Origin: an uncultured SAR86 cluster bacterium
GTDB taxonomy: Bacteria; Pseudomonadota; Gammaproteobacteria; Magnimaribacterales; AG-339-G14
Direction of reading: 5' to 3'
NCBI GenBank assembly: GCA_902566305.1
Contig: CACFIK010000001.1
Span: forward strand, 29,205-93,204
Length of the DNA: 64,000 bases
Position numbers and translations under genes: made by a program. Below, piece after piece: positions 19,780-29,069 of this stretch (position 1 is its first letter; each line of letters starts with the position of its first letter). A model generated the notes under the pieces. The model did not search any database and was not told the DNA's origin. It worked only from the letters and a program-made list of their open reading frames with translations.

Positions 19780-20701
19780 AATTGAAAAATATTTTAAAAA
19801 TATTGGATCAAAATTTTTATCTAAAAAAAATTTTATTCTAGGTTCCGGTGATGATTCAGCTGTTTTCAAGAGCACAAATAATCTTTGTTACTCGGTTGAT
19901 CAAAATTATGAAGGAATTCATTTTCCCAAATCCTTACCTCCCGAATTTATAGCAACAAGATCAGTGCTTCGTTCTTTTAGCGACATATCGTCTATGGGAG
20001 CTAGACCTCTTTGGTTTAGTGTTGCTCTAGCATGTGATTTTGATGAGAAATTCATAAATGACTTCTCAAGGGGCCTAAATAAAGTATCAAACTTATTAAG
20101 GGTTCCTTTAATTGGTGGCGATTTAATAAAAACAAGTCAGAAGTCTGTGACTGTCTCGGTATCTGGAGAAACAAAGAATAACAGTCATCTTTCGAGATCT
20201 GGCGCCAAACATGATCAAAATATTTATCTAACTGGAGAATTGGGGCTTGCCAGAAAAGGTTTAGAGGAAATTAAAAAAAATTGTAATAAAAATATTTACA
20301 GAAAGAAAAATGTCAAAAGATTTATTTTTCCTGAGCTGAGATTAGAAATTTCCAATTCCATTTCACAGTTTGCTTCATCATGCATTGATGTTTCAGATGG
20401 ATTTATTGCAGATTTGGAGAAAATTCTAATTCCCAGTAATCAAGGAGCAGTAATCAATCTAGATAGGATTCCTAGACTTGATAAGTCATCTCTCGAAGAT
20501 TTTACATTTGGCGATGACCTCGAATTGATTTTCACTGCTGATAAAAAATATCATAAGAAAATTATGAAACTTTCCGATAACTCTGGAATTAAAATTTCCT
20601 TGCTTGGACAAACTAAAAAAAATGGTGGAATTAAATATCTTCTCAATAAAGACGAAGTACTATTTCCAAGAAAGAAGGGTTGGAACCATGGTAAAAAATA
20701 A
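19754..20701 (+). CDS. thiL: thiamine-monophosphate kinase
   Basis: 315 aa. N-terminal DEFFLIEKYF (compare E. coli GEFSLIARYF), GSGDDSAV, and an AIR-synthase-like fold. Overlaps pgpA. Confidence 0.9.
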   Translation: MSQIDEFFLIEKYFKNIGSKFLSKKNFILGSGDDSAVFKSTNNLCYSVDQNYEGIHFPKSLPPEFIATRSVLRSFSDISSMGARPLWFSVALACDFDEKFINDFSRGLNKVSNLLRVPLIGGDLIKTSQKSVTVSVSGETKNNSHLSRSGAKHDQNIYLTGELGLARKGLEEIKKNCNKNIYRKKNVKRFIFPELRLEISNSISQFASSCIDVSDGFIADLEKILIPSNQGAVINLDRIPRLDKSSLEDFTFGDDLELIFTADKKYHKKIMKLSDNSGIKISLLGQTKKNGGIKYLLNKDEVLFPRKKGWNHGKK

Positions 20702-21179
20702 TTTTCCTAATACTAAGAACATTTTCCACTTAATTGCTGTAGGTTTCGGTTCAGGACTAATTAGAATTGCTCCAGGAACTTGGGGGTCTACTCTCGCCTT
20801 AATTTTATTTATTGTTGCAGAGGCTTTTATCACTGATCTCTTACATCTATTTTTCTTCATCACTTCCTTGTTAATAATATTTTTGATTTCATGCATAGTT
20901 GCTTCTAGAGATGCAGATATAAAAGATGACTCAAGAATTGTTTCTGATGAAATGGGCGGAATGCTGCTCACCTTATTCATGGTGAGTATGATTTCAGATG
21001 GAATCTTTTTTTATCTTATAGGTTTTGCACTTTTTAGAGCTTTTGATATAGCCAAGCCCTGGCCTATTTCTTACGTAGACCAAAATTTAAAAAATGGATT
21101 TGGAGTTTTTTTAGATGATCTAATTGCAGGATTTTTGAGTTTTCTTGTGTTTTTTTGTTTTTATTTATTTCTTACTTAA
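20688..21179 (+). CDS. pgpA: phosphatidylglycerophosphatase A
   Basis: ATG at 20688, 14-nt overlap with thiL. The GFGSGLIRIAPGTWGS motif and a hydrophobic body match PgpA. The thiL-pgpA pairing is conserved. Confidence 0.88.
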   Translation: MVKNNFPNTKNIFHLIAVGFGSGLIRIAPGTWGSTLALILFIVAEAFITDLLHLFFFITSLLIIFLISCIVASRDADIKDDSRIVSDEMGGMLLTLFMVSMISDGIFFYLIGFALFRAFDIAKPWPISYVDQNLKNGFGVFLDDLIAGFLSFLVFFCFYLFLT

Positions 21180-23036
21180 TCTCTCTTTAATTTTCTTTAC
21201 TATTTTATCCTTGTCTAATTGATAGTCTTTTCTCTGTTCAGATATCCCTCCGATTGATGGGAAAAGGTCAGAAATTCCAAAATTAATTGTTTTAACTTTA
21301 ATATTTTCTTCCGAAATAAATTCATTGATGGCTGAACCGGCGCCCCCAGCAACAACATTATCTTCAAGAGTCACGATTAGCTCAGAATGGTTTGCACACT
21401 TGATTATGCAAGAAGTATCTAATGGTTTGACGAATCTCATATCAATCAAATTTGCTTCTAAATCTTTACTTATATCATCTGAGAGAGACAACATAGAACC
21501 GAAACTTAAGATAGAAATTTTATTTGTCTCGGAAAATTTAATTTCTTTAGATTTTCCAATCTCAATTTCTTCAAATTCAGTTGGTAGATCTGTTCCTAAT
21601 CCAAAGCCTTTGGGATATCTAACTGCAGCTGGGCCTTCAAATTTATAACCAGTTTCCAATAACCTCCAACATTCTTCTTCAGAGGAGGGCGTCATAATAA
21701 TCAAGTTTGGAATACACCTCATGAAAGATAAATCAAATATGCCAGAATGCGTTGCCCCATCCTCACCAACTAATCCAGCTCTATCTATGGCAATCAAGAG
21801 ATCAAGGTTTTGAATTGCTACATCATGAATTAATTGATCATATGCTCTTTGTAAGAAGGTAGAGTATATAGCTAGAACAGGCTTTTTCCCTTCGCAGGCA
21901 AGTCCGGCAGCAAAAGTCATAGCATGTTGTTCGGCGATTGCTACATCGTAGAAACGCGATGGGAATTTATCCGCAAATTCAACCATTCCTGAACCTTCTT
22001 TCATAGCAGGAGTGATTGCAATAAGGGAAGGATCAACATTTGCTTTTGAAGTTAGCCAAGAACCAAAAACATCTGAATATTTCATGCCAACATTTTTCTT
22101 CTTTGATGAATTTGGATTTTCCATTTTTGTGATTGCGTGGAATCCAATTGGATCGTCCTCTGCAGGTTTAAATCCTTTTCCTTTTTTAGTAATTAAATGA
22201 AGAAGCTTAGGACCAGAGGTATCGTTAAGATTTCTTAAAGTTCTTATTATTTCATTGACATTATGCCCATCCATGGGTCCAACATAGTTAAAGCCAAGTT
22301 CTTCGAATAGTGTTCCTGGTGCAACCATACCTTTGATATGCTCTTCAGCTTTACTAGCAAAGTTTTTTGCAGAAGGTATCAATCTTAGCGCCATTTTTCC
22401 TCCCTCTCTAATCTGCGTATACCATCGACTCGACCAAATTCTTGCCAAGTAATTAGATAACCCGCCAATATTTTTCGAAATTGACATATTGTTATCATTA
22501 AGGATTACCAACAAATCTTTATTTAGATTGCCAGAATGACTCAAGGCTTCAAACGCCATTCCAGCAGTTAATGCACCATCACCTATAACTGCTATTGCTT
22601 TTTCATTTGAACCGACTGTCATACCAAGAGCTGCGCTAATAGAAGTACTTGAATGGCCTACACCGAAAGTATCAAAGATGCTTTCTTCCCTAGAGGGGAA
22701 GGGATGCAAACCATCTTTTTGTCGCATGGATGACATCAAGCTTTTTCTCCCAGTAATAATTTTATGAGGATAGGTCTGATGACCAACATCCCAAACTATC
22801 TTATCTTTAGGAGAATCGAAGACATAATGAAGAGCAACGGTTAGCTCTACAACACCTAATCCAGCCCCGAAATGTCCACCTGTTTGTCCAACTGTGTATA
22901 GGAGAAATTCTCTAAGTTCATCACAGAAATCTCCTAATTGATTTTCTTTTAGCTGTTTTAAGTCTGAAGGTGAATTTACTCTGTCTAGTAAAGGTGTTTC
23001 AGGGCATTTATCTGGAATGGAATCAAATACTTTCAC
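21165..23036 (-). CDS. dxs: 1-deoxy-D-xylulose-5-phosphate synthase
   Basis: 623 aa. Motifs GHSSTSISAALGM and the TPP motif GDGALTAGMAFEALSHSG. Member of the xseB-ispA-dxs operon. Confidence 0.97.
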   Translation of the reverse strand: MKVFDSIPDKCPETPLLDRVNSPSDLKQLKENQLGDFCDELREFLLYTVGQTGGHFGAGLGVVELTVALHYVFDSPKDKIVWDVGHQTYPHKIITGRKSLMSSMRQKDGLHPFPSREESIFDTFGVGHSSTSISAALGMTVGSNEKAIAVIGDGALTAGMAFEALSHSGNLNKDLLVILNDNNMSISKNIGGLSNYLARIWSSRWYTQIREGGKMALRLIPSAKNFASKAEEHIKGMVAPGTLFEELGFNYVGPMDGHNVNEIIRTLRNLNDTSGPKLLHLITKKGKGFKPAEDDPIGFHAITKMENPNSSKKKNVGMKYSDVFGSWLTSKANVDPSLIAITPAMKEGSGMVEFADKFPSRFYDVAIAEQHAMTFAAGLACEGKKPVLAIYSTFLQRAYDQLIHDVAIQNLDLLIAIDRAGLVGEDGATHSGIFDLSFMRCIPNLIIMTPSSEEECWRLLETGYKFEGPAAVRYPKGFGLGTDLPTEFEEIEIGKSKEIKFSETNKISILSFGSMLSLSDDISKDLEANLIDMRFVKPLDTSCIIKCANHSELIVTLEDNVVAGGAGSAINEFISEENIKVKTINFGISDLFPSIGGISEQRKDYQLDKDKIVKKIKERLSKK

Positions 23037-23042
23037 TCTATT

Positions 23043-23936
23043 TTAATTTGTTCTCTCAACTATGAATTTTGTTAATTTAATTAATTTTTCAGTATTGTAT
23101 GGGAGAGATTTTAAACACTGAATAGCTTCATTGCATAAAGAGTCTGCTCTTGAATTAGATTCTTCTAAGCCAATTAATTTTGGGTATGTATTTTTTTTTA
23201 AATTTTCGTCGGAATTTGCTGGCTTACCAAGATCCTCTGTTGATGAGGTGCAATCTAAAATATCATCTTTTATCTGAAAGGCTAGACCAATACATTCTGC
23301 AAACTTAATGAATGCTTTCATATCATTTTCAGGTAAATCCTCCTTCAAAAGACAAGTGGCATGAACGCAGGCAGAAATTAATTTGCCTGTCTTTAGAATA
23401 TGAATCTTATCCAGTTCTTCTAGAGAGATATCAATATTTTCAGATTTAATATCTCTGTTTTGCCCTTCTACCATTCCAAAGGGACCACAAGCCTTTGAAA
23501 AAATACTGATAATTTTAATTTTGGTTTCAGCAGATAAATTAGGATCATCAATGTCAGTAATTATTTCCAATGCTAGAGGTTGGATAGCATCACCAGCAAG
23601 AATAGCTGATGCCTCACCAAATTTTATGTGACAAGAAGGTTTGCCTCTTCTCAAATCATCGTTGTCCATGGCAGGCAGATCATCATGGATCAAAGAGTAA
23701 CAATGAATTAGTTCTCCAGATGCTGCCATAGCATCAATAGTTTCATCTTTGAGATTTAAATTAAGGGAATCTGCAACAAGATATATTAGTTGCGGTCTTA
23801 TTCTTTTACCGCCATCAAGAACAGAATAATGTATTGCCTCAGTGATATTTGAAAAATCTTTTGCAGGCAAGGCTTTGTTTAAAGCTTTCTCAATTCTTTT
23901 TTGATTTTTTTCCAAAAAAGAGAAATCATCAATCAT
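23043..23936 (-). CDS. ispA: (2E,6E)-farnesyl diphosphate synthase
   Basis: First aspartate-rich motif LIHDDLPAMDNDDLRRG and second motif FQIKDDILD. ATG at 23936 overlaps the xseB stop by 8 nt. An alternative ATG lies at 23960. Confidence 0.93.
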   Translation of the reverse strand: MIDDFSFLEKNQKRIEKALNKALPAKDFSNITEAIHYSVLDGGKRIRPQLIYLVADSLNLNLKDETIDAMAASGELIHCYSLIHDDLPAMDNDDLRRGKPSCHIKFGEASAILAGDAIQPLALEIITDIDDPNLSAETKIKIISIFSKACGPFGMVEGQNRDIKSENIDISLEELDKIHILKTGKLISACVHATCLLKEDLPENDMKAFIKFAECIGLAFQIKDDILDCTSSTEDLGKPANSDENLKKNTYPKLIGLEESNSRADSLCNEAIQCLKSLPYNTEKLIKLTKFIVERTN

Positions 23937-24171
23937 TCGATATATCCTCAAAAGAAACATCTTCTCCTTCTTTAGAGGATAATTTTTTAATTTTTAACTC
24001 TGCATCTGAGAGCATCTTTTGACAAGCTTTAGTTAGAGATATGCCTTTCTCGTAAGCTTCTATTGAATCTTCTAAAGTTAAGTTTCCATCTTCTAAGCTC
24101 TCAATAATTTTTTCTATTTCATCGAGAGTAGATTCAAAATTGAGTGATTTTTTTTTATTGTTGCTGGACAT
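23929..24171 (-). CDS. xseB: exodeoxyribonuclease VII small subunit
   Basis: 80 aa. FESTLDEIEKIIESLEDGNLTLEDSIEAYEKGISL is typical of XseB. It sits upstream of ispA-dxs as in E. coli. Confidence 0.9.
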   Translation of the reverse strand: MSSNNKKKSLNFESTLDEIEKIIESLEDGNLTLEDSIEAYEKGISLTKACQKMLSDAELKIKKLSSKEGEDVSFEDISND

Positions 24172-27100
24172 TTACTTTTTTATTGAATATTTCAAATTTT
24201 GAAAAGATTTCCCTCAGTCTCGAAGGCAAAATTAGCCATGCTGGGGTCACAAAGAGAGTTAGTATAGTAGCAAAAGATAAGCCCCAAACTAAACCAAAGG
24301 CAAGGGGTTGCCAGTAAATAGCTACTCTTCCGCCAACACCAATTTCTCTTGTAATAAAATCTATACCAATACTGCTAGCGAGAGGCAATAATCCGACTAC
24401 AGTGGTGAAGGAGGTCAAAAAGACAGGCCTTAATCTCTGCGCGCAGGTTCTAATAAGGATATCTTTCTCTTTTAAATTTATGGAGTTTCTTTTTAGGACA
24501 TTATAGGTATCAACAAGCACGATATTGTTATTGACAACGATTCCAGCTAAAGCCACAACTGATAATCCAGTAAATAAAACACTGGTAAGTGACTGAGTGA
24601 CTAACAAGCCTAATTGTACGCCTGCAGTTGATAGAACTATGGCAAATACAATGACAAAAGCCTGATAAAAACTATTTAATTGAGTAACAAGAAGCATAGC
24701 CATAAGGAAAATTGAGATCATTCCAGCCGTAGCAAAAAAAGCAGCAGCTTCTTCGGTTTCCTCTTGCTCTCCACCAAAATTAAAACTAATTTGGTTAAAT
24801 TCGATATTTTCATCTATCCAAGTATTAATCTGAGAAATCACGTTCGAAGGAACTGCATTTTCCAAGTAATCTGCTGTTACTGTATAAGCTCTTTCCCCAT
24901 CAACTCTTCTTATTGAAGGAACATCGAGTTTTGGAACCACTTCAACAAAACTACTAAGAGGCATCAATCCTTCTCGAGTAGGAATATTTAATTCTCCAAG
25001 TTGATCTAGTCTTCTTTCAGACTCAGGATATCTAACTCTTATTTCGACTTCATCTTCAACGTCTTCCGGTCTGTATTCACCTAGCCTGAGGCCATTTGTG
25101 ACAAATTGAACAGCCGCTCCAATTTCAGAAGTTGAGACCCCAAACAACGAAGCTTTTTCTTTATCAATATCCATTGCCCATTCAATTTTTCTTACTGGAA
25201 TTGTTGTTTTAACGTTATCTACTCCATCAATTGAAGACTTCATGAACTCTTCAAGAGCTATAGTAGCTTCGTAAACAACTCTGGAATTTTGTCCTGATAT
25301 ATCAATTTCAATTGGAGCATCTATAGGTGGTCCTCCTTCTTCTCTTCTTACATTAAACTTAAGGCCCGGAAATTCTTTGCTTATCTCTCTGATCTGATCA
25401 AGAACTTGATAGCCATTAAGACCTCCAATAATTTCATCTTCTTCAAGAAATGCAAGCTCGACCATAAATCCACCGATACCGTCAGACGAGCCTCTACTTC
25501 TGGGATCTCCTGCAGAGTTTCCACCTGTAAAGGTTGATAACTTTATAATTTCTGGAATTTGAACAAGTTCATCTTCAATCTGCTCAATGAGTTCTAATTT
25601 TTCATTAGCATTTAAATTTCCTCTGGCTTCAACATTAACACTGACGAAGGTGGGTTCACCCTCAGCAAAAAAAGTTGAGCCGGCACCATGTCTTGCCTGC
25701 AGAAGGAAGATTGTATAAACAAGCAGGATAACAAAAAATAAAACTTGAATAGGCCTAGAAAGAATAAAGTTCAATGATCTAGCATAAGCACCGGTTATTC
25801 CAGGAAGCTCTGTGGGATCTCCGTTTTCTAACTTTGAGGTGTTTTGAATTGACTCTTGGCTTCTATTACCAATGCTGCCAAACAAAGATCCTATGGCCGG
25901 AGTAAATAGAAGAGCATAGATTAGCGAACCACCCAAAACTGCAAATACTGTGACAATAAGAGTTCTCAGGAAGCTTCCAGAAAGAGAGTCCCAAAAAAGG
26001 AGCGGAAAAAAGGCAGCTAAGGTCGTCAGATTGGATGCTATTACTGGCCAAAACATCCTTCTTGCAGCAAGTTTATAAGCTGTTGTTTTATCCAATCCCT
26101 CTGCCATCTTTCTATCGGCAAATTCAATTACAACCACAGCTCCATCAATCAGCATTCCCAATGAAATCAGTATTCCAAAACAGACTAAAAAGTTAAATGA
26201 TGTTCCATATGCATTTAGAATTATCATTCCAAAGAAGAAACACAGTGGGATTGCAGCGCCGACCATTAATGAAGATCTAACACCCATAGTAGCCAAGGCA
26301 ACTGCCATTACTAACACTAAGGCAGTAATTACGTTACCCATGAGTTCTTCCAACATAACCGTATTCCAGGCAGTTCTATCTTCTGTAATGACTATTTCAA
26401 GAGAAGGAGGATAAAGCTCTTTTTTCTGATCCAAAAGTTTATTAATGGCTTCGACTGCATCAAGTTCATTGGCATCCGTTCTTTTCACAACTTCTATGGC
26501 AACGGTATTCTTGCCATTGACCTTTGCATAAGTTTCTTGATCTTTATATGACCTTCGAATCTCAGCTACATCTTCTATTCTTATTACAGCGTTTCCTCTT
26601 TTAATAAGTGGAATTTTTCTTACATCACTGACATCTTCAAAAATCGAAGGAACTTTAACTGCAAATGTGCCGGTGCCTGTTGTTATTAAACCAGCAGGAA
26701 TTACCCTATTGTTTTGAGAGATTGCATTATAAAAATCTTGCGCTGTTATACCGAAACTCTCTAATCTAGTTCTATCAACTTCTACTACTAGAAGGTCTTC
26801 CGGAACCCCAGCCAAATTTGCTTCAAGTACGAGCGGGATACTTTCAACATCTGATCTTAAATCTTTAGCAATATAATTAAGTTCTCTTTTTGATAATTCG
26901 TTGGATACAAGATTTATTCGCATTATTGGGAATCTTGAAAAATTAAAGTTACTGACCATTGGCTCTTCAGCATCAGTAGGTAATTTAAAAGCTACTTCAT
27001 CTACAGCATCTCGGACATTTGTTTTTGCGATGTCTGGGTCAAAATCATTGGGGAACTCAACGATCACAGTGGAGAAATCCAATCTACTATAAGATTGAAC

Positions 27101-27340
27101 TCCTTTAACATCATCTACTGTTAAAAGTCTTTTCTCTAGTGGTCTCGATATGAGTCTTTCTGCATCTTCTGGTGAAACACCTTCGTAAAAGGTGCTGACC
27201 ATCACAAAGGGAACATCTATATCTGGTTCGGAGGCATTAGGAATTTGGCCATAAGAAAAAATGCCCCACGTTAAAACGAGGAACATCATTGTTAAGGTAG
27301 TTCTGTATCGATCTACAAAAAAATCAATTAATCCTTTCAT
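24155..27340 (-). CDS. RND efflux transporter permease (AcrB/HAE family)
   Basis: 1061 aa. The architecture shows 12 predicted TM segments and two large periplasmic loops. The N-terminus reads FFVDRYRTTLTMMFLVL...VSTFYEGVSPEDAE. Its stop overlaps the xseB start by 17 nt. Confidence 0.9.
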   Translation of the reverse strand: MKGLIDFFVDRYRTTLTMMFLVLTWGIFSYGQIPNASEPDIDVPFVMVSTFYEGVSPEDAERLISRPLEKRLLTVDDVKGVQSYSRLDFSTVIVEFPNDFDPDIAKTNVRDAVDEVAFKLPTDAEEPMVSNFNFSRFPIMRINLVSNELSKRELNYIAKDLRSDVESIPLVLEANLAGVPEDLLVVEVDRTRLESFGITAQDFYNAISQNNRVIPAGLITTGTGTFAVKVPSIFEDVSDVRKIPLIKRGNAVIRIEDVAEIRRSYKDQETYAKVNGKNTVAIEVVKRTDANELDAVEAINKLLDQKKELYPPSLEIVITEDRTAWNTVMLEELMGNVITALVLVMAVALATMGVRSSLMVGAAIPLCFFFGMIILNAYGTSFNFLVCFGILISLGMLIDGAVVVIEFADRKMAEGLDKTTAYKLAARRMFWPVIASNLTTLAAFFPLLFWDSLSGSFLRTLIVTVFAVLGGSLIYALLFTPAIGSLFGSIGNRSQESIQNTSKLENGDPTELPGITGAYARSLNFILSRPIQVLFFVILLVYTIFLLQARHGAGSTFFAEGEPTFVSVNVEARGNLNANEKLELIEQIEDELVQIPEIIKLSTFTGGNSAGDPRSRGSSDGIGGFMVELAFLEEDEIIGGLNGYQVLDQIREISKEFPGLKFNVRREEGGPPIDAPIEIDISGQNSRVVYEATIALEEFMKSSIDGVDNVKTTIPVRKIEWAMDIDKEKASLFGVSTSEIGAAVQFVTNGLRLGEYRPEDVEDEVEIRVRYPESERRLDQLGELNIPTREGLMPLSSFVEVVPKLDVPSIRRVDGERAYTVTADYLENAVPSNVISQINTWIDENIEFNQISFNFGGEQEETEEAAAFFATAGMISIFLMAMLLVTQLNSFYQAFVIVFAIVLSTAGVQLGLLVTQSLTSVLFTGLSVVALAGIVVNNNIVLVDTYNVLKRNSINLKEKDILIRTCAQRLRPVFLTSFTTVVGLLPLASSIGIDFITREIGVGGRVAIYWQPLAFGLVWGLSFATILTLFVTPAWLILPSRLREIFSKFEIFNKKVNVQQQ

Positions 27341-28394
27341 TAGAATCCGTAAATCTGCTATCTAAAGCTATACCTACTTTTTCTCCTTGGGATACGTAAT
27401 CTTGCCCGACTGTAATGATTGTTGAAATAGTATCAAGACCAATTATCCATGCTCCAAAGCTGGTGTCTTCAATTAGTTCAATTGATTTGAAGGCAACTAA
27501 GCCATCCTCATCAATGGTTCTAATACCTAAATCGCCATTAGCATCTAAACGCAAAACTGAAACTGGTACCAAATGAGCTAATCTTTCTGTTCCCTTAAGA
27601 GTTACTTCAGAAGTCATCCCATCTTTTATTTCAGACTCTGGGTTGGGAACTGATATTTCTACTCTAAAAGTTCTAGTGACTGGGTTGGCTGATGAAGAAA
27701 TGAATTTAACATCCCCTTCAAAAACTTTTCCATTGTTTAATTCAACCTTCGCTTTAGAATCTAGAGAAATTTCTGACATATCGTTTTCAGATATCTCTGC
27801 CGAAATAAGAATTGGATTAAGATCTAATACAGTCGCGCAAATACCTTGTCTTGGCAGAAAGTCTCCTACATCCAGATCAATCCTGTCCACTATTCCGTCA
27901 AAAGGTGCTTTTACAGATGCAAAGTCTAGATCTTGAAAAGCCCTTTCATATCTGGCTTTTGCAGCTTGCAGCTGGCTATTCGAATAAAGCCCCTCATCAA
28001 ATAATTTTTTTGCAGTTTCGTAATTCAAAGAAGCTTCCTTAGCTACTTCGTCTTTATCCCCGACAAAAATTTGGCATATTGGACTTCCTTTTTTGACAAA
28101 TTGTCCTTGGGCAACTGGAAGGCCAATGACTTGACCTGAGGTCTCAGCTCTTAATTGAACATTTTTATCTGCCTCCGCAGAACCTTTCAAAATAATATTT
28201 CTGGCAAAAGGCTGAGCAGATTGTTTCATCACTCTGACAGTGGTTTCTTCAATGACAACTTGCTTGGTAGGAATTTCTTTTTCCACAAAAAAACCTGAAA
28301 TCATCCAGATGGATGCAAAAAATAAAAAGATTCCTGCAGATTGTAAGTTTGAAATCGAAAGTATCGATTTTAAGATTGAGCTTAAAAATTTCAT
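27324..28394 (-). CDS. RND efflux periplasmic adaptor (membrane fusion protein)
   Basis: 356 aa. N-terminal TM/signal anchor, then coiled-coil, lipoyl and beta-barrel regions typical of AcrA/HlyD-family adaptors. 17-nt overlap with the RND permease gene. Confidence 0.85.
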   Translation of the reverse strand: MKFLSSILKSILSISNLQSAGIFLFFASIWMISGFFVEKEIPTKQVVIEETTVRVMKQSAQPFARNIILKGSAEADKNVQLRAETSGQVIGLPVAQGQFVKKGSPICQIFVGDKDEVAKEASLNYETAKKLFDEGLYSNSQLQAAKARYERAFQDLDFASVKAPFDGIVDRIDLDVGDFLPRQGICATVLDLNPILISAEISENDMSEISLDSKAKVELNNGKVFEGDVKFISSSANPVTRTFRVEISVPNPESEIKDGMTSEVTLKGTERLAHLVPVSVLRLDANGDLGIRTIDEDGLVAFKSIELIEDTSFGAWIIGLDTISTIITVGQDYVSQGEKVGIALDSRFTDSNERIN

Positions 28395-28481
28395 GTATTT
28401 AATATGGAGACGAAAGGGATTATATCAACTTAGCTATGTATTACATGCTTTTTTATCTTATGACAGTAAGCATGTCAATAA

Positions 28482-29069
28482 TTAACCAGAATGTTTTTCT
28501 TTTAATTTTTCAAGAAGGTGAATTTGTTCTTCTTGAGATAGATTAGTTTTGCTTTCTTTTATTGCATTTAATTCTGGAAGATAAAAGTTGCTGGCATCGC
28601 ATAGGTAGTCCTTTATTGAATCGGACATTAGAGATTGAAACTTTTCAAAACCTTCTCTTTCTTCGGAGCGCCTGAGATCAGCCCAACCAAAGTTTTTAGC
28701 CGTTTCATATATCAAAGGATGTGACCATTTGAAATTTTCAGGCTCATCTGACCCTAAACAGGCCTCTGCAAAAGCCGACTCAATAGACTGAATTCCCTCT
28801 TTTTTTAGGTAATGACTTTTAATTTCTTCTAATGTTTGACTCAGCGATGGAAGATATTTTGATTTTGAAGTCAATTCATCAATTGCTTCGAATATCAAAT
28901 CCAAAGAGAAGATTTCTAATTTTTTGAGCCACAATTGTTTTGCTAAATTTAAACTAACTTCATCCTTAAAAGCTTTATGAAATTGATTGTGATAAGTAAT
29001 TTCCAATTGAGCAAAAATTAGATTAACCAACTCTATGTGATTATTTGGAATTTTTATTTTTTCGCCCAT
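28482..29069 (-). CDS. phage lambda replication protein P-like protein (putative DnaB helicase loader/operator)
   Basis: 195 aa. It aligns by eye with lambda P over most of its length: LVNLIFAQLEITY vs lambda IINGVFSQLLATF; KYLPSLSQT vs PFLPSPGQF; FKWSHPLIYE vs YPWKSNAHYW. It overlaps the upstream DnaT-repeat gene by 16 nt. The lambda P sequence is recalled from memory. Confidence 0.6.
   Translation of the reverse strand: MGEKIKIPNNHIELVNLIFAQLEITYHNQFHKAFKDEVSLNLAKQLWLKKLEIFSLDLIFEAIDELTSKSKYLPSLSQTLEEIKSHYLKKEGIQSIESAFAEACLGSDEPENFKWSHPLIYETAKNFGWADLRRSEEREGFEKFQSLMSDSIKDYLCDASNFYLPELNAIKESKTNLSQEEQIHLLEKLKEKHSG

Noticed and set aside
20604-20687. 28-codon N-terminal extension of pgpA lying inside thiL
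   Set aside because: The extension lies wholly within the thiL coding region and has no PgpA similarity. The ATG at 20688 gives a product of typical PgpA length.
28443-28475. Inverted repeat ACATGCTT-N17-AAGCATGT between the P-like gene and the RND adaptor gene, considered as a terminator or operator
   Set aside because: The stem is only 8 bp with a 17-nt loop, and there is no U-tract in the minus-strand (transcribed) orientation. An AT-rich background makes chance occurrence plausible. It could still be a weak regulatory site, but I cannot support that.
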